Assembly (NCBI GenBank): GCA_965263045.1
Contig: CBDHGK010000041.1
Location: forward strand, 1,909,514 to 1,973,513
Length of the DNA stretch: 64,000 bases
Origin: Terriglobia bacterium
Lineage (GTDB): Bacteria; Acidobacteriota; Terriglobia; 20CM-2-55-15
Reading direction: 5' to 3'
In this document: in pieces, positions 49,190 through 59,807 of the stretch
How the letters are laid out: each line of letters opens with the position of its first letter
Position numbering within the stretch: position 1 is the stretch's first letter
Notes under the pieces: model-generated
What the model was told of the DNA's origin: nothing
The model's database searches: none
What the model saw: the letters and a program-made list of their open reading frames with translations, nothing else
Translations under genes and position numbers: made by a program

Positions 49190-50065
49190 ATGCACAGGAT
49201 CAGCGTAATTATTCCTTTTTACAACGCCGCAGCCTACATGGGTAGCTGCATTCGGGCGCTGCTCGCTCAGGATTATCCAAGGGCGCTGTATGAGGTCATT
49301 TTAGTGGATAACAATTCGACGGATGGCTCGACCGAAATAGCACGTAAGTTCGACGATATAAGGCTGCTGTCGGAGACGAAGCAGGGGGCGTATGCCGCCA
49401 GGAACTGCGGTTTATCGGAAGCCACCGGTGAGATTGTAGCATTTACCGATCCCGACTGCATTCCTCGCCGGGACTGGTTGCGGAACATTTCAAAGGCGAT
49501 GGAATCCGACCTGTTAAAGGTTGTTGTTGGATCGCGCGACGCGGCGAACGATTCGTCGATTCTCGCAATGCTTTCAGCTTACGAGAACACGAAGGACGAG
49601 TTCGTTTTCAGCAGTCTCAACCCGGCTATCTACTACGGTCACACCAACAACATGGCAGTCAGAGGAGAGCTCTTTGATTCGATCGGTCCATTTGCCGAAC
49701 GACGGCGCGGTGCCGACACGCTGTTCGTCCACGCTGTTGTAAAACAATACTCGTGTGAAGCGGTGGCATTCAGCTCGGGCGTCAATGTACGACACCTGGA
49801 GTTAGATAGCCTCGGGGTGTACTACCACAAGGTCTCGACCTATGGCCGCAGCAGGCGAATGTATCGGTCGATTGCCAAAGTTGAAGCCTTGACCATCGGC
49901 CAGCGCCTCGGGATTTTTCGACGGGTCGCCTCCAGCCAGAACTACCGGTTTCTCAAGTCGGCAGTATTGTTTTCTTTGCTTGCCATCGGCCTGGCTTATT
50001 GGATGTTAGGCGGCTTGCGGGCCAGATGCCAGCTGCTGCGTAATCCGGAAAGTGGCGCCATCTGA
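49190..50065 (+). CDS. Glycosyltransferase family 2
   Basis: ISVIIPFYN, VDNNSTDGS, AARNCGL, AFTDPDC. Confidence 0.9.
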   Translation: MHRISVIIPFYNAAAYMGSCIRALLAQDYPRALYEVILVDNNSTDGSTEIARKFDDIRLLSETKQGAYAARNCGLSEATGEIVAFTDPDCIPRRDWLRNISKAMESDLLKVVVGSRDAANDSSILAMLSAYENTKDEFVFSSLNPAIYYGHTNNMAVRGELFDSIGPFAERRRGADTLFVHAVVKQYSCEAVAFSSGVNVRHLELDSLGVYYHKVSTYGRSRRMYRSIAKVEALTIGQRLGIFRRVASSQNYRFLKSAVLFSLLAIGLAYWMLGGLRARCQLLRNPESGAI

Positions 50066-50114
50066 GCGCCCGTCAGGATTTGTGCCAGGCTTTGTTCGCT
50101 GAGAGTGTGAGTTT

Positions 50115-51926
50115 ATGAAAATCACAGACCGCGTGTTCTGCGTCGGCTTGAACAAGACCGGCACGACCTCGATTAAGCGGTGCTTTACCGTCCTTGGCAT
50201 CCAACCCATCGCCCCGAGCGCCAAGCACGACTGGAGAGTACTGCGGGCGGTCTTTGACCGTAACGACTATGGCCCAGCGTTGAGGCTGGCCGAAAAATAC
50301 CGCGCTTTTGAGGATCGCCCGTGGAATGTGTGGCAAATGTACCGCAAGCTTGACGAGCGCTTTCCCGGCAGCCGCTTTATCCTTACCAAACGCGATCCCG
50401 AGCGCTGGTGGGGCTCTGTGGAGCGGTGGCTGTCCTATACCAAGCCGCGAATGGCGACTGTTTATCGCCAGCATCTCGCCGCGAAAAACCTCCTCATGGG
50501 TTCGATGATTGAAGCCTACGAGCGCTACAATTGCGAGGTCACAGAGTACTTTTCCGGGCGGGACGACCTGCTCGTAATGGAACTGGAAAAGGAGCAGGGC
50601 TGGGAGCGGATCTGCCGTTTCCTGGGACGGGCGGTTCCGCCTGTAGAATTCCCTCATGCTAACCGACAGTACTATGACGAGCGGGACCTGAAGAAGGACC
50701 GGGTCAAGCGACACCGCAACACCTCGCCATCGAAAACCGGAACATCGACTCCACCTTGTCTTTACTGCGGAGAAACTGCGACCACCCATCTAAAGCCGCC
50801 ACGGCGTTGGATGCCCCAGGTGCTGCATGCACGCATCCGCAGCAACCATATCAAGACTGTAGAGAGGGACGCCAGGCGCTTGCGGGCGGGCCCCGAGCGG
50901 ATCGAACTGTTGCGGCGGCAATGGCCCAATCTGCGTTTGGACGACATGGCGGTGGTGTGCAGCTTTTTCAATCCGGGAGAGGATGCCGGTGCCCTCGAGC
51001 GCTACTATCAGTTTCGGCAGGCGATCGAGCGCAGCCACCTCCCGCTGCTGACGGTCGAACTGGCCATTGGCCTGCAGCCCTATCAGCTTGGAACCCCTAA
51101 TGCAAACCTCTTGCAAGTGCGCTCCGCCGATGCGATGTGGCATCGAGAGCGCCTGCTGAATCTGGGTATCGAGGAGCTATTGCGCCGCGGGTTCCGCAAG
51201 ATCGTCTGGTTGGACAGCAACATCGTTTTCGAGGACAGCGAGAGCTGGCCGTGGGCTGTCGCTGCTGGGCTCGAGCAATCCGCCGTCTGTCAGGTTTTCA
51301 GCCATGTGCTGATTCATCGGCATCGGGGAGAGCCCGTGGCCGCCGGGATCGGCGCAGTCAAGTACTTCGAAGAGACGCAAGAATACGTCAACCAGACCGC
51401 TCTCCGCCCAAGCGCCCGCTGGCCGGCAGGCCGGCCACCCGGATATGCCGGTTTCGGCTGGGCAGCCAACGCCGATGTCCTGCGGAAGGTGCTGCCCTAC
51501 GACCGGGCGATTGCAGGCGGCGGTGATCGCATGCTCTTTGCCGCCGGCCACGGCTATAGCGACGCCTGGTTCCGCTCGATCACCAAACAACTGACCCACT
51601 ACCGCTTCCCGCGGTGCGGTGCCTGCAGGCACCGTATCGCAGCCCCGGAGTACACATGGCACTACGCGACGTGGGCGCAACGGTGGGCGGCGGCGGTCGA
51701 GAACGGCGTGGGCTACGTGGAACAGATAGTTCGGGATTTTTCGGGCGTCGCGAGCCCCGGGGACCCCACAGAGATTGCCAGCGTCCTGCTCCGGCACCGG
51801 TATGATCCCGAACGGGATATCAAGTCCAACGAACTTGGCTGTTTGGAGTGGGCCTCCGAACGGCCGTCACTGCAACGGGATGTTGCCCATTACATCATGG
51901 CATCCGAGCAGCGCGCCACGGGCTGA
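50115..51926 (+). CDS. Sulfotransferase fused to a glycosyltransferase-like domain
   Basis: N-terminal CVGLNKTGTTS, FILTKRDPERWW.S, GWERICRFLG..FPHAN; C-terminal MWHRERLLNLG..KIVWLDSNIVF, GFGWAA, AGGGD. Confidence 0.75.
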   Translation: MKITDRVFCVGLNKTGTTSIKRCFTVLGIQPIAPSAKHDWRVLRAVFDRNDYGPALRLAEKYRAFEDRPWNVWQMYRKLDERFPGSRFILTKRDPERWWGSVERWLSYTKPRMATVYRQHLAAKNLLMGSMIEAYERYNCEVTEYFSGRDDLLVMELEKEQGWERICRFLGRAVPPVEFPHANRQYYDERDLKKDRVKRHRNTSPSKTGTSTPPCLYCGETATTHLKPPRRWMPQVLHARIRSNHIKTVERDARRLRAGPERIELLRRQWPNLRLDDMAVVCSFFNPGEDAGALERYYQFRQAIERSHLPLLTVELAIGLQPYQLGTPNANLLQVRSADAMWHRERLLNLGIEELLRRGFRKIVWLDSNIVFEDSESWPWAVAAGLEQSAVCQVFSHVLIHRHRGEPVAAGIGAVKYFEETQEYVNQTALRPSARWPAGRPPGYAGFGWAANADVLRKVLPYDRAIAGGGDRMLFAAGHGYSDAWFRSITKQLTHYRFPRCGACRHRIAAPEYTWHYATWAQRWAAAVENGVGYVEQIVRDFSGVASPGDPTEIASVLLRHRYDPERDIKSNELGCLEWASERPSLQRDVAHYIMASEQRATG

Positions 51927-52016
51927 GGGGATGGAGGCGGCCCGCATTCGGGGTGATACGGTCACTTGGAAACGCACACGCTGGAACGGCTCAAGACAAG
52001 CTGGGGGTAACTGAAA

Positions 52017-53087
52017 GTGACAGAGCGGGCACGGAATACCGAATCCAACGGTCAGCAAGAAGCCGTGCAGGCGCTCGATGTTAGGCAAGCCCCGCCATCC
52101 AACGTGATCATTCACATCGGCAGACACAAAGCGGCCAGCACCTTCCTGCAACACGAGTTCTTTCCGCAGCTCACCCGGAACCTCTGCATCGACAAGGGTG
52201 AACTGTTTCATCTGCTGGGCGAGCAAGAGTTTTCAGCGGCTCGTTTCCGACAATTCGTCGCTTCCAACCTGAGGCAATTCAAGGGTACGGAGTGCTTGAA
52301 CTCCGATCGTGACGATCTTCTGATCCTCTCCCGGGAAGGCTTGTCGTTTCCTCCCATGGATGCCGATATCGAACGTTACGCTACAAATTTGCGACGGAGT
52401 TACCCCGACGCGCGGGTCATCTGCATCATCAGAGAGCAATTCGATTTGCTGACGACGCTCTATGTCTGGCATACCTGCAAGAAGTTCCTCACCGGCTCAC
52501 TCGACAGCTATGTTCGCGGGCTGATGACATCGTCGGGTGCGGGTTACTTACTCCACAACGAAGTGGTCCGAACCTATATGAACGCTTTCGGCAAGGATCG
52601 CGTACTTGTCCTGCCTTACGAGTTGCTTGTGCGTCAGCACAGTGCTTTCCTGCGACAGATTGTCGACTTCATCGATCCACAACTGGACTATCGAAATCCT
52701 CCGGATCGGTTGAATGTCTCCTACAAGAAGCGTGCCGTTATCCGCGGAGTTATCGCTTTCAACGTTCTGGTTCATGCGTTCTTCCTGGTGCCCCACCACC
52801 TGTTGGGCAAGGCTGGTTTCGTCGCCGAGGGTCCGCTTTTCCGGCAGTTAGAATACCGCTTGAAGAAATTCAGTCGCAAGAAGCTGAGCTCCGTCCTCGA
52901 CCGTTTGGCGCCAAACGGACTGGACGCAGGACTCGCAGCGGAGAATTTTGAAGCGTATGGAGAACTGTTCGCCCAGACCAACGGAGAAATAGAGTCGCTT
53001 ACCGGTCTCGATCTGGCGACGTACGGTTATATAACGCCTGAGAACATGGAAGCTTTCGTCCGGGAGCACGGCAGGGGTAGCCGTTGA
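52017..53087 (+). CDS. Sulfotransferase-family protein
   Basis: IHIGRHKAASTFLQ PAPS loop, ILSREGLS, IIREQ, FGKDRVLVLPYE. Confidence 0.8.
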   Translation: MTERARNTESNGQQEAVQALDVRQAPPSNVIIHIGRHKAASTFLQHEFFPQLTRNLCIDKGELFHLLGEQEFSAARFRQFVASNLRQFKGTECLNSDRDDLLILSREGLSFPPMDADIERYATNLRRSYPDARVICIIREQFDLLTTLYVWHTCKKFLTGSLDSYVRGLMTSSGAGYLLHNEVVRTYMNAFGKDRVLVLPYELLVRQHSAFLRQIVDFIDPQLDYRNPPDRLNVSYKKRAVIRGVIAFNVLVHAFFLVPHHLLGKAGFVAEGPLFRQLEYRLKKFSRKKLSSVLDRLAPNGLDAGLAAENFEAYGELFAQTNGEIESLTGLDLATYGYITPENMEAFVREHGRGSR

Positions 53088-53799
53088 GGTTTCGCTTTTG
53101 GGTGTCGGCGACATCCATGCCAGAATTGTTGGGCATAGCTCCGGAGTTTTCGCCCCTGCTATTCGGGCTGATCCGACGGTGCAGCGCTGAGGTCGAGTTT
53201 GTGTATTGCCGTGGGGGGATAAGCCAACAACCATGACCCACTCCACTGACTCCAGCCGCAGAGCCTTCGAAAAATACAAGACCGACGTAGGCCGGAAGGC
53301 GGATCGAAGCCACGGTGCCCCTGATGGGCGCACTCCGGTGCCGGTCCGATCCCTGCGCCAGTTGTTTTTCGAATTCTGGCGACTCGTTGGGCGCGAACGC
53401 GGACCGGTTGTGTTGGCCCTCGCCGCGCTGACGCTGGCGACCGTTCTGGGCCTCATTCCGCCCGCTGCCACCAAGTTCATCGTCGATTATGTCCTCGGTG
53501 AGCAGCCCATACCCGAACGGTGGCAATCGTATCTGCAGCTGCCAGAGGATCCCTTCCGGCTTCTGATATTAACCATTGTCGCCGTCACGCTCGTTGCGGG
53601 CCTGCGAATCGCTGTCCACACCTGGAGCGACTGGCAGGCGACGCGATCCGCTAAACGCTTACACCTGTCAGTTCGTTTGAAGGTATTTGCACACGCCGTG
53701 CGGCTGCCACTGCACCGGGTTGATGAGCTGAAGTCCGGTGGTGCGGCGAGCATCCTGCGCCAGGACGCCGGCAGCGTCGGCGACTTGATTCACGGCATG

Positions 53800-55240
53800 G
53801 AGTCAAGCCCATTCTTAGTTGAAACTCTCCACGGCTCACGATGGGTCATGCAACCTTCTTCTTCGATCTCGTCGACGTCTTCGCCTCAATTTTCAGCTCT
53901 CGCTGGAGGGCTTCGCGGAGCTTTGGAAGATGACGGTAGCCGATCACCTTCCTCAGGCGCGGTTCGATGTCGATGAGCGCCGTCGCCAACCAGCGTTGCC
54001 GCTGACTCGAGTTCTTCCAATGATCGACCTTCGCACACCTTTCCTCGACAAGGGCATTGACCGATTCCAGGCAATTCGTCGTCTTGAACGAACGGCCCAA
54101 GACCCCGTACACGCCGAGCCGATGCAACGTGAGGGTCTCTTCCAGGCCTTCCTCAAGGCTCGCAGCCCCCGATTGGTTTCGCTCCTCGAGCTCTCCATGG
54201 AGCTCTCCGAGCGCCGCCCGAGCTTCGTCGTACTCCGGGCGCTCGTAGGCCCGCTGCAGCCGGCGTCGCCACACGGCTTGCTCGGTCTTCGATAGGTATC
54301 TCACGACGTTCTCGCGTTTGTGCCATTGGCAGCGTTGGACCAGGGCTCGATTCCTGAATGCCTTCTTGACCGCCGCCCGCAGACCTTTGCCGCCGTCGAC
54401 AATCACCAGCACGCCTTCAGAGATGTCCAGGCCCCGCTCCATCAACGAACGGAGAAACGGAGTCAGCACTTGCTCGTTCTCCGTGTCGGTCTCCACGAAG
54501 CCCAAGAAGCGTTTGTCGCCCGAAAGCGTGACGCCCAGGGCCACTACCATCAGGGCGTCGGCAAACGCCTTCCCGTCCAGGAAGATCGCCACGACGTCCT
54601 CGCCACTCAGATCCCGCTCCTGCATCTCCCGAAGTTTCGCGGCACTCGCCTGGACGAATCCTCGAGACACCGTCGAACTCGACAGTCCGATCGCTCCCGG
54701 AATCGCTTCAGCGGCCGATTCATAGTTCCGGCAGGAGATCCCATACAGCACACGTCTGAGCAGTAGCTCGTTCACCGCGCCACCCGGACTGAGTTCCTCG
54801 TAGGTCCGAAGCGGAATCTCCCCGCCCGCCACGCTGCGCACTCGAGGCACCCGAACCGGCACCCGCTGGCCACCCAGCCCCACGGTCCCCGGATTGCTCC
54901 CGTGTCGCCGGCCCCGCAACGCCGCCTCCTTTCGTGCGTATCGCTCACCCGCCAACGACTTCACTTCCTCGTCGAGCAACTCCTCCACGTGCATCAACCC
55001 CAGTGGGATCAACGCCCGAATCATCTCCACCTTCGAGTCCAATTCCAGTCCCGAGTATTCCTCCCGGCTCAGGACCTCGACCTCACCCAGCACACGCGAC
55101 TTCTTGCGTTTCTTTACCGAACGTAACAGACTCCTCATCTCGGCTCCTTTCTCTTACAGGCTTGATGTTGTTTCTTCCAATACCATCAAACCATGGGGTT
55201 TGGAGCCGTTTCAATTTCCAACTAAGATTGGCACACATTC
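53800..55240 (-). mobile_element. IS256-family insertion sequence, copy 3 (1441 bp)
   Basis: Same termini as copies 1 and 2; 8-bp TSD ACGGCATG at 53792-53799 and 55241-55248. Confidence 0.95.
53846..55138 (-). CDS. IS256-family transposase
   Basis: 430 aa, protein identical to the other two copies. Confidence 0.95.
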   Translation of the reverse strand: MRSLLRSVKKRKKSRVLGEVEVLSREEYSGLELDSKVEMIRALIPLGLMHVEELLDEEVKSLAGERYARKEAALRGRRHGSNPGTVGLGGQRVPVRVPRVRSVAGGEIPLRTYEELSPGGAVNELLLRRVLYGISCRNYESAAEAIPGAIGLSSSTVSRGFVQASAAKLREMQERDLSGEDVVAIFLDGKAFADALMVVALGVTLSGDKRFLGFVETDTENEQVLTPFLRSLMERGLDISEGVLVIVDGGKGLRAAVKKAFRNRALVQRCQWHKRENVVRYLSKTEQAVWRRRLQRAYERPEYDEARAALGELHGELEERNQSGAASLEEGLEETLTLHRLGVYGVLGRSFKTTNCLESVNALVEERCAKVDHWKNSSQRQRWLATALIDIEPRLRKVIGYRHLPKLREALQRELKIEAKTSTRSKKKVA

Positions 55241-56636
55241 ACGGCATGCTTTACAACCCATGGCGGACGGTTGTGCAACTGGTCGGGAGCCTGTGCGTCC
55301 TGGCGTTCGTGGATTGGCAACTGCTGGTCGGCGCCCTCCTGCTGATCCCATTGACGGCCCTGTCCCATCGGACCTGGATCAGCCGGATTCGGCCGGAGTA
55401 CCGCAGGATTCGGCGTCAACGCCAATTGATCGACGGGAGTGCAACCGAGGTCTTTGGTGGGATGCGGGTTGTCCGTGCGTTTGGACGGCAGCGCCGTGAG
55501 ACCGGTCGCTATATGCGGGACATCCATCTGGTGGGCCGCCAGGAGTTGCATGTCTGGTGGTGGGAGCGCCAGGTCGGAATTGTCTGGGATGCATTGATCC
55601 CCATGTTGAGCGCAGCGCTGTTGTGCTATGCCGGCTACCAGGTGCTGGAAGGTACGCTGACCCTGGGCGACATGATGATGTTCCTCGTGTACCTGTTGAT
55701 GCTGCTGCAACCGCTCGCCATCCTGGCCCAGAGCGCTGTTCGATTCCAGAACAGCCTTTCGGGGCTGGACCGTGTCCTGGACCTGCTGCTGGAACCCCAC
55801 GAGCTGTCCCAGACGCCGAATCCGGCCTTTGTCTCCAAGGACAAGGCTGCCGGTACGGTGGAACTGGAGTCTGTCAGTTTTCTGTATCCAGGGTCGGACA
55901 CCCCTGCGGTCCGTAACATCGATCTGCGCGTCGAATCCGGGCAAACGCTGGCGCTGGTTGGCCCCAGCGGATCCGGCAAGACTACGATCTGCAATCTGAT
56001 CGCGCGTTTCTACGATCCCACTTCGGGTCGGATCCTGCTCGATGGGCGTGACCTGCGGGAGATCGATGTCGAAAGTTTAAGGGCTCTGCTGGGAATCGTC
56101 GAACAGGACGTCTTTCTATTCGACGGAACGATTCGCGAGAATATCGGTTACGCCAGGGGAAAAGCCACGGATGAAGAAATTCGCAATGCTGCGCACGTCG
56201 CCAATGCCACGGAATTCATCGACCGGCTGCCTGGAGGTCTGGAGACCGTCATCGGCGAACGTGGCGTGCGTCTCAGTGGTGGTCAGAGGCAGCGCCTTGC
56301 GATCGCCCGGGCGGTCCTGGCAGACCCGCGAATCCTGATTCTCGACGAGGCAACCAGCAACCTGGACACCGAGAGTGAACGCCTGATCCAGCTCAGTTTG
56401 GAAAGGTTGATCAGAGATCGGACCTGTTTCGTAATCGCTCACCGTCTGAGTACGATCGCACATGCCGACAGAATCGTCGTGCTGGATAACGGACGTATCA
56501 TCGAATCCGGCAGCCATGTATCGCTCCTTGCCGATTCGGGCCGCTATCGGGAGATGGTCACCTCGCAGTTGACGACGGTTCTCGGCGACGAAATATAGTA
56601 GTCATCGTTGCCTGAACCGGGACGGAGTGAGGGCCT

Positions 56637-57956
56637 TCAGCTACCTGACTGAAATATTGACGATAGCTGTTTCCAGCGATCGTTTCCGCCCGAAATGGGC
56701 CCGGACAGTTGCACCAACACCTTTGCGAGGGCGTAAGATGCCAATAGCATAAGGACCGGTTCGATGGGGAACCGAAAGCGCCCTCGATCCGACCAGGTCA
56801 GGTAGAAGGGCAGAGGCGAGGTCACTACATACAAAATCAGAAGGTGTGCCAGGCGTTCCCGGCGTGCAAACCAGGCTCCGACTATGCCCAATACGAGTAT
56901 GGGAAAATAAGCAGCGCCGGCGACGAACCGCTCGAAACTGGATGAACTTGCCCCCAGTTGAGTCCAGAAACGCACGACTCGATTCCGAGTGCGCATGAGA
57001 AAACGTTCAGGGTATTCCCGCAAAAGACCCACAACCTGGGAGCCGAGGGAGGTGCTGGGTTCGGACTCTATTTCTACGAGATCCGGAAGGTCGATGCCCA
57101 TCGCGGAGCGTGCACGTGAAGAGAAATTGCCCGCCAACACTTCCCGTGCGAAATTGGAACGGATAAAGACGAACTGGTCAAAGACGACATAGTTGCGGAT
57201 GAGCCAGGGGGTCATGACCGCTGCACAGCACGCCATGATCGTAACTGATCTCCATAGTCGAAATCGCAAGGCGATTTCGTGCCTCCCCAGGAACCACAGC
57301 AAAGCGAATGGGTAAAACGCGATTATGACCGGATTGACCAGGGTCGCGAGTCCGCAAAGCAACCCGAGCACGAGGCTTCGAGAGACCGTCGTCCGTTTTG
57401 CGAGTTCGAGCGTTTGCTGAAGGATCAACAGACCGAGCAGAGTGAGCAGGGTGCCGTACTCGATCTTCTGGACTGAAAAGTGAATCGAGGCCGGGTAGAA
57501 GGCGAAGATCAGGGCTGCCAGCAGTCCCGGCCAGTCGCTGTTGAAAACCAGCTTCCCCAGTCTGAACAGCACATAGCAACTCAAAATCGAGAGAACAATC
57601 TGAAACAACTCCAGGGCGACGGCGGCCGAAACCGTATATGAACCGAAAATCCAGAAAGCCGCAGCAACAATGACGGGGTTCACCGGGGCTTTCCATGAGG
57701 TCGGTACGGGCTGTTCGGGCTGAATGGTGTTGCCCGGGGGGCCGACGGCTCGCCCAAGCACTGGCCACGCAAACCCGTCACCGTTGGCGAGAGAGTAAGC
57801 GATTTCACCTTCCTCGTTCCCGAAGGCGAGGTCAGACGGGAATTCCCATGTCTGCAACAGCAGCATCGTGGATACACGCGCTGCAAAGGCCAACAGCAGG
57901 ATTGCCAGAAGAATTTTGCGAGTTCGAGCCTTGCCGTCAAGGGTTTGGTCTGTCAT
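56637..57956 (-). CDS. ArnT/GT-C-like (family 39/83) membrane glycosyltransferase
   Basis: IAYSLANGDGF, WKAPV.P, ALIFAFYP, GLLCGLATL, PWLIRNY, RFRFPIEP; many TM helices. Confidence 0.75.
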   Translation of the reverse strand: MTDQTLDGKARTRKILLAILLLAFAARVSTMLLLQTWEFPSDLAFGNEEGEIAYSLANGDGFAWPVLGRAVGPPGNTIQPEQPVPTSWKAPVNPVIVAAAFWIFGSYTVSAAVALELFQIVLSILSCYVLFRLGKLVFNSDWPGLLAALIFAFYPASIHFSVQKIEYGTLLTLLGLLILQQTLELAKRTTVSRSLVLGLLCGLATLVNPVIIAFYPFALLWFLGRHEIALRFRLWRSVTIMACCAAVMTPWLIRNYVVFDQFVFIRSNFAREVLAGNFSSRARSAMGIDLPDLVEIESEPSTSLGSQVVGLLREYPERFLMRTRNRVVRFWTQLGASSSSFERFVAGAAYFPILVLGIVGAWFARRERLAHLLILYVVTSPLPFYLTWSDRGRFRFPIEPVLMLLASYALAKVLVQLSGPISGGNDRWKQLSSIFQSGS

Positions 57957-58280
57957 AAGCTACGTCAATCTACCACGACTGCCGCAGTACCGACTCCGGA
58001 CAATTTTCAGAGTTTCGCGGTGGCCCTCACCTCGATTTATTGGGATTCTCAGGCTTCGCATAGGACGTAGACTTCCGAAATTGGCCGTGCTTCGGCAATC
58101 CACCACAACCGATGAGATTGAGTGTGCCCCCGCCCCATGGAGCGCGAACCCCGCTAGTTTTTGTTATCGATGCCGGATTGTTTCATCTGAAAACCTCAGG
58201 ACTTGCGCGAGGGGAAACTCCCCGGCGTCACCAATCTTTCGGAGCGTGAGTCCATGCGGATGCCCGTATAATCGTCAGAG

Positions 58281-59312
58281 ATGTTCGATTCAGCTAGAAC
58301 CGTAGCCATCGAATCGGTTGTGGCTCTGGGCATTCTTTTGGTCGTCAGCGGGTGTCAGACCGAGGTGCTACACCCGGGCACCCCCTCCGGCCTCAGGGTC
58401 GAACGATTAGCGGGCAACCCCATTATCCGTCCTGAAATGCTTCCAGATAGACTGGGAGAGAACATCAACGGTCCTTCACTGATTCGTGTCCCGGAATGGA
58501 TAGAGGGCGCACTCGGCCGTTACTATTTGTACTTCGCGCATCACCACGGATCTTTCATCCGATTAGCTTACGCGGACGACCTGGCCGGGCCCTGGACGAT
58601 TCATGAACCCGGATCTCTTCACGTCGATCACACAGCCTGCAATGAGCTTGAGGGCACCCGGTTTGACCAGAATATGCATATCGGATCGCCCGAAGTACAG
58701 GTCGACGACGAATCACGTCAGATCAGGATGTACTTCCATTGTCCCGTGTTCGTTGAAGGTACTGACCCTCCTAACGACCGAAGACGACAACGGACATTTG
58801 TTGCGACTTCCACGGACGGCCTCAGCTTTCGGTCCTATCCGGAGCGTCTGGGAAGAGGTTATTTCAGGGTCTTTCGCTGGGCTGGATTCTATTACTCAAT
58901 CAGCTACGGCGGAATGTTTTATCGATCCAACGACGGACTGAGTGGATTCAGCCCGGGGACTGAGGTGCTCAATGCCAATACGCGACATTTTGCGGTAATA
59001 GTTAGAAACGACAGGCTGCTCGTGTTCTATACATTGAGAGGCGATAATCCTGAAAGGATCGTGGTATCTGATATCGATCTGAGTTCAGACTGGACCACCT
59101 GGTCTATAAAAGATCCCCTTGTCGTCCTTGAACCGGAATTCGACTGGGAAGGCGGGAACCTGCCGGCAGTGGCCTCGGCTGGGGGGATTGTAAGGGAGCC
59201 CGTTCGCCAGCTGCGTGATCCGGCCATTTTTGAAGACGCGGGCCGGACCTATTTGCTCTACAGCACTGCCGGCGAGTCTGGAATTGGCATCGCCGAGATC
59301 TACCTGAATTGA
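58281..59312 (+). CDS. Lipoprotein, five-bladed beta-propeller glycoside-hydrolase-like
   Basis: Lipobox VSGC; NINGPSLIRVPEW, YYLYFAHH.G, HIGSPEV, RMYFH, LRDPAIF..YLLYS.AGESGI. Confidence 0.7.
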   Translation: MFDSARTVAIESVVALGILLVVSGCQTEVLHPGTPSGLRVERLAGNPIIRPEMLPDRLGENINGPSLIRVPEWIEGALGRYYLYFAHHHGSFIRLAYADDLAGPWTIHEPGSLHVDHTACNELEGTRFDQNMHIGSPEVQVDDESRQIRMYFHCPVFVEGTDPPNDRRRQRTFVATSTDGLSFRSYPERLGRGYFRVFRWAGFYYSISYGGMFYRSNDGLSGFSPGTEVLNANTRHFAVIVRNDRLLVFYTLRGDNPERIVVSDIDLSSDWTTWSIKDPLVVLEPEFDWEGGNLPAVASAGGIVREPVRQLRDPAIFEDAGRTYLLYSTAGESGIGIAEIYLN

Positions 59313-59446
59313 TTTTGATGGCACCAGGGGTGCCGTATCGAAATACAGCAGACTCAAGATTGTGAATCCACTCGATACGGACCCGATTAAGTACGTGTTC
59401 TATAGTATTTTATCGGATACTGCGTGAAGTGTTCCGACGGGCCACA

Positions 59447-59478
59447 CCCAACAAAAAAGGCCACCTTCCGGTGACCTT
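59447..59478 (-). repeat. Exact 32-bp copy of the tRNA-Met terminator region
   Basis: CCCAACAAAAAAGGCCACCTTCCGGTGACCTT identical to 61418-61449. Confidence 0.85.
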
Positions 59479-59807
59479 AGCTGCCTGCTGACGTTCCCCC
59501 TGTTTGGAGATCAGCCAAGACCGGGACAGCATTGCGTGATAGCCCGTCAGATTGGTCCGATCAGAAAAGATTCTTAGTTTTTCAAGGGAATCCACGCGAA
59601 ATGCTCTGACGGGCTTTATTGTCACAGCGGCGGAAGTCTCCCAGGTGCGCGGGAGAGCGTACGGTGGAGACGTTGGGACTGACCCTGTCGGGATATGCTC
59701 AAAGGCGTAGCGTGAAGCATGATAGTCTGAGCCTCCACCCGCAGAATAGGTCAAAAGGTCATTTCGATGGGGATTCCGTCAAGTGAACTTGTCACCGTGA
59801 ACACACC

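Larger units (their letters stand above)
53233..56598 (+). pseudogene. MsbA-like ABC exporter (TMD+NBD) interrupted by IS256 copy 3
   Basis: 53233-53799 and 55249-56598 rejoin in frame (..SVGDLIHGM|LYNPWRT..); GPSGSGKTT, LSGGQRQR, ILDEATS, IAHRLST. Confidence 0.9.

Noticed and set aside
54934-56598. Intact 554-aa ABC transporter as listed in the ORF track
   Set aside because: Its first ~100 codons are IS256 antisense sequence; the true N-terminus is at 53233, before the IS.
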